Shown here one piece after another: positions 57,234 to 64,000 of a DNA stretch of 64,000 nucleotides (the first letter of the stretch is position 1; each line of letters starts with the position of its first letter). The notes under the pieces were generated by a model. It ran no database searches. It had not been told where the DNA came from and saw only the letters and a program-made list of their open reading frames with translations. The stretch is from an uncultured Spirochaetales bacterium. Lineage in GTDB: Bacteria > Myxococcota_A > UBA9160 > JAFDET01. The stretch is from assembly GCA_964442285.1 (NCBI GenBank), contig CAYTZH010000022.1, positions 6,120-70,119 of the forward strand. Direction: 5' to 3'. The translations under genes were made by a program, and so were the position numbers.

Positions 57234-57749
57234 ATGCTCGCCCGCCGCGCCGCGCTCCTCTTCCTGGTACCCTACGTGGCCTGGCTGGTCTTCGCCTACG
57301 ACTATCACTTCCTCGACGGCGTGAACCTGCTCTTCCACGAGGCAGGCCATCTGTTCCTGGGCTTCTTCGGCGCGACGTTGCACTTCCTGGGCGGGACGCT
57401 CGGCCAGCTCTTCTTCCCGGCGGCCTGTGCGATCCACTTCCTGCGCCGGGAGGACCGCTTCGGCGCGGCCGTCTGCGGCCTGTGGCTCGCGGAGAGCCTG
57501 ATGAACACGGCCCGCTACCTCGGCGACGCCCGCGCCCAGGCGCTGCCGCTGGTGGGCGGCCACATCCACGACTGGAACTGGCTGCTCACCCGCTGGGGGC
57601 TGCTGGATCGCTGCGAGGGGCTCGCCACGCTGCTCCACCTGGGGGCGAGCCTCCTGGCCGTGTGGATGCTGGTCGTGGCCGCCCGGACGGAGCTTCCGAT
57701 CGGAGACCGCGCGGGCCGGCATCCACGCGCCGGCGCCCCGTTGACTTGA
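57234..57749 (+). CDS. Polytopic membrane protein with HExxH motif (putative metalloprotease)
   Basis: 171 aa, 4-5 TM segments, FHEAGHLF within the first TM region. Confidence 0.5.
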   Translation: MLARRAALLFLVPYVAWLVFAYDYHFLDGVNLLFHEAGHLFLGFFGATLHFLGGTLGQLFFPAACAIHFLRREDRFGAAVCGLWLAESLMNTARYLGDARAQALPLVGGHIHDWNWLLTRWGLLDRCEGLATLLHLGASLLAVWMLVVAARTELPIGDRAGRHPRAGAPLT

Positions 57750-57805
57750 AGGCCTGCGGGTCGCCTGCGCCCCGTTGACTTGAAGGCCTGCGGGTCGCCT
57801 GCGCC
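57735..57805. repeat. 34-bp tandem repeat x2.1 including the last codons and stop of the HExxH gene
   Basis: 57735-57768 and 57769-57802 are identical (gccccgttgacttgaaggcctgcgggtcgcctgc). Confidence 0.95.
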
Positions 57806-57885
57806 TCCGAGAAAGCTCGGTTCAGGACAGACCTCGACACGCCGATGATGGAGAGGCGCATCGCTTCGAGCTCCAAGGGGAAGCT

Positions 57886-59628
57886 GTGACCGTGGTCTCC
57901 ACGAGCCGCCCGCCCGCTGCCATCGTCGTCCTCGTGGTCGAAGAAGGCGACGTTCATCGCAGACCCGACCTGGGCGATCTGCTGGTGGTCTCGGAGCTCG
58001 AGCAGTTCGACGTCCGCTGCGCGGCGGACATCGACGAGGCGCTCGCCGTGCTGCGGACCGAGTCTTGCGACGTGCTGCTGCTGGGCGTCTCCTCCGACGC
58101 CGGCCTCGCCGGCCTCGAGCGTGCGCGCAACGCGGCCGTCCAGACGCCGATCGTCGTGGTCGGCACGGATGCCGAGGAGCGGGAGGCGGTGGCGGCGCTG
58201 CGCGCCGGCGCGCAGGAGTACCTTCTCCGCACCGAGTGCAGCCCGCGGCTCCTCGCGAGGACCCTGGCCCAGGCCGTCGAGCGCCAGCGGATCGCGAACG
58301 AGCTGCGCGAGGCCCGTCAGCGCGACCACTTCTTCGCTACGCGCGACCCGCTCACCGAGCTGCTGAATCGGGAGGCGTTCCTGGAGCAGCTCCCGGGCGT
58401 GCTGGCCCGGGCCGAGCGCGCTGGAAGCCACGCGGCCCTGCTGTTCATCGACCTCGACCACTTCAAGCAGATCAACGACTCGCTCGGGCACGCCGCCGGG
58501 GACCGCCTGCTCCGCTTCGTGGGCCAGCGTCTGGCCATGGCGACGGAGGCGGGTGGCTTGCTGGCGCGCTTCGCCGGCGATGAGTTCGTGCTCTGCCTGC
58601 GGGAGGTCGACAGCGCCGAGGCGGCGGCCGTGGCGGCCGACAGCCTGGTGCACCTCCTGCGGGAGCCGTATCTGCTGGAGGGCCACGAGACCTGGGTGAC
58701 CGCGAGCATCGGGATCGCGGTTCATCCGGCGGATGGCAAGGAGCCGGCGGAGCTCCTCCGCAACGCCGACATGGCCATGTATCGGGCCAAGCAGAGCGGC
58801 CGCAACGGCTTCCAGTTCTGCACCGAGGCGATGAACCAGGCGGCCGCACGCCGGGCCCTGGTGCGGCGCCGACTCGGGCACGCCCTCGAGCGGGGCGACC
58901 TGTCCGCCGAGTACCAGCCGATCCGCGACACCCGTACGGGTCGGGTGACGGCGTGCGAGGCGCTGGTCCGCTGGAACGACGCCGAGGCCCGCGCCGTACC
59001 GCCGTCGGAGTTCCTCCCCATCGCCGAGGATACCGGTCTCATCGTGCCGATCGGCGAGTGGATCCTGGGTACGGCCTGTCGGCAGGCCCGTGCCTGGGAT
59101 GTGCAGGGACTGGGACCGGTTCGGGTCTCGGTGAACGTCTCCGCCCGAGAGCTGCGGCAGCACACCCTCGTGACGCAGGTTCGCGAGGCACTCGGCGAGG
59201 CCAACCTGAGCCCTGGAAGCCTCGAGCTGGAGATCTCGGAGAGCACGCTCGTGACCAGTGATGCCTTCACCCGGGACGTGCTGCGAGGTCTCCGGGATCT
59301 GGGTGTCGGTCTCGCCGTAGACGGTTTCGGTACCGGCTACGCGGCGTTGAGCGGCCTCCGCAAGCTCCGCTTCGACCGGGTCAAGATCGATCCCAGCTTC
59401 GTGAGCGAGATCGCGCGAGATCCGGATGCCTCGGCGCTGGCGTGCGCGATCGTCGCCATGGCCCGGAGCCTCAAGCTCGGGTCGGTGGCGGTGGGCGTCG
59501 AGTCCGAGGAGCAGGCCGCGGTGCTGACCCGGTTCGGGTGCGAGGAGATCCAGGGCCTTCTCGTCGGCGGCTCCCTCGGCGCGGAGGCCCTCTCCAGGCT
59601 GCTCGAACGCGACAAGCGCGGCGGCTAG
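57886..59628 (+). CDS. Receiver-like / GGDEF / EAL protein
   Basis: REC-like N-domain, GGDEF domain with AGDEF motif, EAL domain ([25 protein letters not shown]-like GVESEEQ). Confidence 0.85.
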   Translation: MTVVSTSRPPAAIVVLVVEEGDVHRRPDLGDLLVVSELEQFDVRCAADIDEALAVLRTESCDVLLLGVSSDAGLAGLERARNAAVQTPIVVVGTDAEEREAVAALRAGAQEYLLRTECSPRLLARTLAQAVERQRIANELREARQRDHFFATRDPLTELLNREAFLEQLPGVLARAERAGSHAALLFIDLDHFKQINDSLGHAAGDRLLRFVGQRLAMATEAGGLLARFAGDEFVLCLREVDSAEAAAVAADSLVHLLREPYLLEGHETWVTASIGIAVHPADGKEPAELLRNADMAMYRAKQSGRNGFQFCTEAMNQAAARRALVRRRLGHALERGDLSAEYQPIRDTRTGRVTACEALVRWNDAEARAVPPSEFLPIAEDTGLIVPIGEWILGTACRQARAWDVQGLGPVRVSVNVSARELRQHTLVTQVREALGEANLSPGSLELEISESTLVTSDAFTRDVLRGLRDLGVGLAVDGFGTGYAALSGLRKLRFDRVKIDPSFVSEIARDPDASALACAIVAMARSLKLGSVAVGVESEEQAAVLTRFGCEEIQGLLVGGSLGAEALSRLLERDKRGG

Positions 59629-59983
59629 AGGCGCTCCAGCACGAAGTCCGCGCGCTCCTCCGGCGAGCGCCGCGGAACCAGCACCACCGCGTAGCCCCGC
59701 GCCGGGTAGACGCGGAGCAGGTCCTCGTACTCGGCCACGGCCTCGGCGAAGCCGTGCGGGCACTCGACCTCGGTGATGTAGAACTCCCAGGGCGGCACCA
59801 GGAAGACGGGGCTGTCGTAGCGGCAGGCCGCTTCCTGGCGGCGCACCGCCGCGGGCGGCTCGCGGCCCATGCGCGCGAAGCCGGCGACGGCGTCGACCAG
59901 CGAGCGGTCGAAGAAGGCCGTCCGCGCCGGGCGAGGACGTCGAGCAGGGTGGACTTGCCGCCCCCCGAGCAGCCCGAGAGCAC
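59625..59983 (-). pseudogene. Decayed AAA_28-type ATPase (internal deletion plus frameshift)
   Basis: Walker A SGCSGGGKST in one frame; the C-terminal two-thirds (AFFDRSLVDA...PPWEFYITEVECPHGFAEAV...) in another. About 50 codons between ARG and FFDR are missing relative to family members I remember. 359 nt = 3n+2. Confidence 0.6.
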
Positions 59984-60000
59984 GATGCGCCGCGGCGCCG

Positions 60001-62451
60001 TCAGGCGCGAGCCAGCCCGTGGGCGGGCAGGGCCACGCCCCGGGTGTCGACCCGCCAGGGCAGCCACACGAGCCACAGGGGCGCCACCTCCAAATCGCCC
60101 TTGCGCGGGGAGACCCGGCGCGCGCGGACCTCGAGTTCGCTCGGGTCGATTGGCGCCTGCAGGGGCGCCAGGTCCTGCTCGAAGTCGGCCTCGAGCGCCT
60201 CGAGCCGGGCGGAGAGCGTCTCCAGGCGCTCCTCGGCCCGGGCGATGTCGCCGCGCTCGCGGGCGGCCCGGGTGGCGCGGTCGATGGCGGTACCGGCCCG
60301 GCTCACGGTGCCCACGCTGCCGAGCTTGCGTCCGAAGAGCGCGCCCAGGACGGTGCGGCCCACGGACACTGCCGTCTGCAGCTTGCGGGTGTCGTACTGC
60401 TCGCGCTCCCGCTCCACCCGCTGCTCGGCGCGCTCGATCTGGTCGCGAAGGCGCGCCAGCTTCGGCGCGTAGCGAGCGCGCAGCTTCTCCAGGGCCACGT
60501 CGCGGGCCTCGCGCTGGGCGGCGGCCAGGCGGGCGCGGAAGGCGCCCTCGCGCTCGCCCGGTCGGCCGGCGAGCCGGGGCTTGCGGCACGACCAGAGCGT
60601 CAGGGCCCGCTCCCGGTAGGCGTGGCTCGCCAGCATCTTCCGCCAGCGCGGCCAGGTGGCGGCGCGCAGCGCGCTGGAGGGCAAGTCGTCGAAGCCGGCG
60701 GGCACGCCGGGCTCGGGCTCCGCGTCCAGCTCCGGAATGGCGTCCAGGGCGGGCGCGTCGCGCCAGGGAGAGCCGCGCAGGTCGGGCTCGAGGTCCGCCA
60801 GCCAGCTCACCTCGCTCCAGGCGTCGAGCCCGGCGCGGGCGTCCACGTGGTGGAGCGTGGCCGCGCCGAGCAGGGCGGGGCGATACAGGAGCGACTCCCC
60901 GGGGCCGGGCAGCGCCACCACCGGAGCAAAGCGCTCCTCGCAGTCGGCCGGCAGGGAGGGCCGCTCCGACACCCGCTGCGAGGGCGCGGCGGCGCGCTTC
61001 GCGGGCGGGGCGACCGCCGGGCTCGGCGGCGGCTCCGTGGCCGGCCCGGAGGCTTGGGCCGCCAGCTGCCGGATCTGGTCGCGGGCCAGGGGCCCGGCGA
61101 GATAGGAGAGCACCCAGCGGGTCTGGAACAGGACCGGCCGGTCCTCGTGCACGTTGTTCAGCAGGAAGGTCCGGCTCGGCAATCCGGAGAGGATGCGCTC
61201 GGTCTCGGCGCGGTCGAAGGCCGCGGCCGACGCGCCCTCCAGGCCGTCGAGGAGGCGGGCCTTGTCGCGCTCGGTCTGGAGCCGGCCGACGAACCAGGTC
61301 CCAGCGTTCGAGAGGGCCTTGTAGTCGAGGTCGACGGGGTTCTGGGTGGCGAGGACGAGCCCCACGCCGAAGGCGCGCGCCTGCTTGAGCAGGGTGAGCA
61401 TCGGCGCCTTGGACGAGGGGTTCGCGACCGGCGGCAGGTAGCCCGCGACCTCGTCCATGTAGAGCAGGGCGCGCAGGCTCCCGCTGCCCGGCTGGCTGCG
61501 CATCCAGGCGAGCAGCTCGCTCAACAGGAGCGTCACGAAGAACATCCGCTCGCGGTCGCTCAGGTGGGCAATCGAGAGCACGGAGAGTCGGGGGCGTCCC
61601 TCGGGCGTCCAGAGCAGGGCGCCCACGTCCAGCGGGTCGCCCTCGGTCCAGGCCGCAAAGCCCGGCGAGGCCAGCAGGCCGTTCAGGGAGAGGGCCAGCG
61701 CCTGGCGCTCCGCGGCGGGGTAGAAGGTCTCCAGATCCATGACCCCGAGGCGCTCCAGCGGCGGCCTCTGGATCTGGCGGATCAGCTCCGGAAGGTTCAC
61801 GTCGCGGCCCTGCTCCCAGGCGTGCGCGAGCAGAGACGACAGCAGGATGTGCTCCCGACTCTGGAGCGGATCGGCGGCGAGACCGAGCAGGCCGAGCAGG
61901 CCCGACGCCGCGCCGGCGAGCCGCTCGCGGAAGGCCTCGCTGTCATCGCGCAGCGCGGGCGGGGGCGCGGCCAGGGAGCGCAGCACCCGGAGGCCGCGCC
62001 CGGCCGTGCCGCCGGGGGTGTAGAGGGTGGGCTCGGCCGCGTCCCGGTAGCGCTGGATGCGGGCCGGCTCCTGGCCCCACTCGGCCAGCCCGCTGCGCCA
62101 GAGGGCCGCGGTCGCGCGGGCCTCCTCGTCGACGCTGCGGCCGCGGCGCGCCGCCTGGGCCGGGTCGATCCAGGGCCGGAAGTCCTCGGGTCGCAGCCGG
62201 GGAAAGGCGAGCAGGAGGTTGCCGAGGTCGCCCTTGGGGTCGATCGCGAGGACGGGGATCCCGTCGATCAGGGCCTCCTCGATGAGGCCGACGCCGAGCC
62301 CGGTCTTGCCGCTGCCGGTCATCCCCACGACGACCGCGTGGGTGGTGAGGTCCTTGGCGTCGTACAGGAGCGGCTCGGGTCCGGTCTCGCCGCTGGCGGG
62401 ATCGACCGTGCGACCCAGGTAGAAGGCGCCCAGCTGCTCGAAGCTCTTCAC
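60001..62451 (-). CDS. HerA/FtsK-like P-loop ATPase with long coiled-coil C-terminal region
   Basis: VKSFEQLGAFYLGR N-terminus, Walker A GMTGSGKTG, Walker B LLYMDEVAG, LVLATQNPVDLD, then about 330 aa rich in Arg/Glu/Ala heptad-like sequence. GTG 62451 chosen. Confidence 0.7.
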   Translation of the reverse strand: MKSFEQLGAFYLGRTVDPASGETGPEPLLYDAKDLTTHAVVVGMTGSGKTGLGVGLIEEALIDGIPVLAIDPKGDLGNLLLAFPRLRPEDFRPWIDPAQAARRGRSVDEEARATAALWRSGLAEWGQEPARIQRYRDAAEPTLYTPGGTAGRGLRVLRSLAAPPPALRDDSEAFRERLAGAASGLLGLLGLAADPLQSREHILLSSLLAHAWEQGRDVNLPELIRQIQRPPLERLGVMDLETFYPAAERQALALSLNGLLASPGFAAWTEGDPLDVGALLWTPEGRPRLSVLSIAHLSDRERMFFVTLLLSELLAWMRSQPGSGSLRALLYMDEVAGYLPPVANPSSKAPMLTLLKQARAFGVGLVLATQNPVDLDYKALSNAGTWFVGRLQTERDKARLLDGLEGASAAAFDRAETERILSGLPSRTFLLNNVHEDRPVLFQTRWVLSYLAGPLARDQIRQLAAQASGPATEPPPSPAVAPPAKRAAAPSQRVSERPSLPADCEERFAPVVALPGPGESLLYRPALLGAATLHHVDARAGLDAWSEVSWLADLEPDLRGSPWRDAPALDAIPELDAEPEPGVPAGFDDLPSSALRAATWPRWRKMLASHAYRERALTLWSCRKPRLAGRPGEREGAFRARLAAAQREARDVALEKLRARYAPKLARLRDQIERAEQRVEREREQYDTRKLQTAVSVGRTVLGALFGRKLGSVGTVSRAGTAIDRATRAARERGDIARAEERLETLSARLEALEADFEQDLAPLQAPIDPSELEVRARRVSPRKGDLEVAPLWLVWLPWRVDTRGVALPAHGLARA

Positions 62452-62794
62452 GTCGGGATTCCTCTCGCGCGAAGCGAAGCGGAATCGGGGCGGAGCGTCC
62501 AGCCCGGGCTCGGGGGTGGCCCGTCCCCGGCGGTGCCCGGACCCGCGGTCCCCGCGACGCTCGGTCGCGTGACCGGGCGTCAACAGGCGCGAGGTCGGCG
62601 CGCCGTGCCGCGGCTCACAGCCTCTCCGCGGTCGCCCGCTTTTCATCCCGGCGTCCGGAGTCTGCTCGAATACGCAGGCCCGGGCCCGCGTCTAAGCCCG
62701 GGCCGTCCGGGATCGGACGCCGTCGCGGCGGGATGCCCGGGGCGCCTTCCCGCCGCCCGCACCCACTCCCCCAAGCCCCCGAATCGAGCCTCCC

Positions 62795-63391
62795 GTGGAA
62801 TCCATCTTTGCCGCCCTCGGCGACCTGCAGCAGGACGAGGCGCTCGACGCCCTCGGCCGACGCCTCGGCACCGATCGCAACACCGCCGGCAAGGCGGTCG
62901 CCGCGGCCCTGCCCGCGCTGATCAGCGCCCTGAGCCGGAACGCGCGCACGTCCGACGGGGCCCAGTCGCTGGCGGGCGCGATCGCCCGCGACCACGACGG
63001 CGGCATCCTCGACGATGTGGTCGGTGCGTTGGCCGGCGGCGGTAGCCGTCGGGACGAGCGCATCCTGGATCACGTCTTCGGCGGCCGGCGCGCTCCGCTG
63101 CAACAGCAGCTCGGACGCGGGGCTGGCCTCGACGGCGCCGGCATGGGCCGCGTGCTCGCCGCGCTGGCGCCGGTCGTGCTGGGCGCCCTGGGTCGCGCAC
63201 AGCGACAGGGCACCTGGGATGCGGGGGACCTCGCCGGAGCGCTGCAGGGGGAGGGCCGTCGTCTCCAGGAGCGGGACCCGGACGCCTCCTCCCTCTTCGA
63301 AAAGCTCCTCGACAGCGACGGCGACGGGCAGGTGGCCGACGACGTCGCCGCGATCGGCGCCCGGGTGCTGGGCCGCTTCTTCTCGCGCTGA
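62795..63391 (+). CDS. DUF937-family protein
   Basis: ILDHVFGG...GMGRVLAALAPVVLGALG pattern; 198 aa. Confidence 0.6.
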   Translation: MESIFAALGDLQQDEALDALGRRLGTDRNTAGKAVAAALPALISALSRNARTSDGAQSLAGAIARDHDGGILDDVVGALAGGGSRRDERILDHVFGGRRAPLQQQLGRGAGLDGAGMGRVLAALAPVVLGALGRAQRQGTWDAGDLAGALQGEGRRLQERDPDASSLFEKLLDSDGDGQVADDVAAIGARVLGRFFSR

Positions 63392-63463
63392 GCCGGGGCG
63401 CGCCCCGGGCAGCTTCCGTTCAACCAACGCCCGCCGTTGCGCGGGCATGCCAGGAGAGAAGCA

Positions 63464-63913
63464 ATGGGACTCATCGATTTCGTGAAGGATGCCGGCCAGG
63501 AGCTGCTGAAGCGGGCCGGCGTGGTGGACGAGGTGGAGCCGGACGCGCTCGTGAAGGCCATCCACGACCACGGCCTCGCCATCGACGGCCTGTCGGTCGC
63601 GGTGGACGGCGATCGGGCCACCGTGCGCGGCACCGCGGCGAGCCAGGCGGAGCGGGAGAAGGCGGTGCTGATCGTGGGCAACACCCAGGGCGTGGCCCGG
63701 GTGGACGACCAGCTCGCGGTCAAGGCGCCCGAGCCGGAGGCGACCTACTACACGGTGGTGAAGGGCGACACCCTCTCCAAGATCGCCAAGGCCCAGTACG
63801 GCGACCCCATGAAGTACCCGGCCCTCTTCGAGGCGAACCGGCCCATGCTCAAGGACGCCGACCTGATCTATCCGGGTCAGGTGCTCCGCATCCCCCCTGC
63901 GGCGCAGGTCTGA
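63464..63913 (+). CDS. kbp: BON plus LysM protein (Kbp/YgaU)
   Basis: MGLIDFVKDAGQEL..., BON domain, LysM YYTVVKGDTLSKIAK...IYPGQVLRIP; colinear with E. coli Kbp. Confidence 0.9.
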   Translation: MGLIDFVKDAGQELLKRAGVVDEVEPDALVKAIHDHGLAIDGLSVAVDGDRATVRGTAASQAEREKAVLIVGNTQGVARVDDQLAVKAPEPEATYYTVVKGDTLSKIAKAQYGDPMKYPALFEANRPMLKDADLIYPGQVLRIPPAAQV

Positions 63914-63924
63914 GGAGGACCGTC

Positions 63925-64000
63925 ATGGCGAATCACAAGATCGAGGAAATCGAGGGCATCGGGCCGGCCTACGGGGAGAAGCTCCGCAAGGCGGGCATCG
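63925..64000 (+). CDS. Helix-hairpin-helix protein, N-terminal fragment (runs off window)
   Basis: MANHKIEEIEGIGPAYGEKLRKAGI; SD GAGGAGG upstream. Confidence 0.4.
   Translation, partial: MANHKIEEIEGIGPAYGEKLRKAGI

Noticed and set aside
57741-57780. Duplicated TTGACT hexamers as tandem promoters for the GGDEF-EAL gene
   Set aside because: No acceptable -10 hexamer lies 16-18 nt downstream of either copy (cctgcg), and the start codon is over 100 nt away.

Overview
High-GC bacterial chromosomal segment (roughly 70% G+C by eye, not computed). Gene content and order (pheST-ihfA-merR, DUF1800/DUF1501, DUF4388, Tad genes) look deltaproteobacterial or Myxococcota-like, but that is inference only. 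I can support about 58 protein genes, 2 tRNAs (Val-GAC, Pro-GGG), 2 pseudogenes, 1 candidate sRNA and several repeats and regulatory sites. Left third: housekeeping genes (miaB, guaB-guaA, dnaE, tRNA-Val, infC-rpmI-rplT-pheS-pheT-ihfA), interrupted by a 3-gene c-di-GMP/cNMP-type signalling operon. Middle: envelope and unknown-function operons (DUF1800-DUF1501-PLAT-like-secreted-Yip1; PAP2-GT39-PAP2), tRNA-Pro, a CBS/MFS/glycyl-radical-enzyme cassette, and a 12-gene minus-strand Tad/Flp-type pilus locus headed by a translationally coupled ECF sigma factor. Right third: patchy accessory region with a His-rich metal-protein pair, an acyl-CoA dehydrogenase operon, vapBC, ankyrin-DUF4253, creD, a frameshifted gene, GGDEF-EAL, a decayed AAA_28 ATPase, an 816-aa HerA/FtsK-like ATPase, DUF937 and kbp. 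I saw no rRNA, CRISPR array, transposase or integrase. Best candidates for something new: (1) the atypical sigma-coupled Tad-like locus with a double-length Flp pilin and very large Cys-rich pseudopilins; (2) a stand-alone sRNA-like unit upstream of miaB; (3) the orphan glycyl-radical enzyme cassette; (4) the DUF1800/DUF1501 five-gene envelope operon; (5) a recurring pattern of short tandem duplications exactly at gene stop/start junctions that create chained mini-ORFs. All family names come from reading motifs by eye, with no database search. Most long opposite-strand or off-frame ORFs in the six-frame track are Arg/Pro/Gly-rich shadows of real genes and are not reported.
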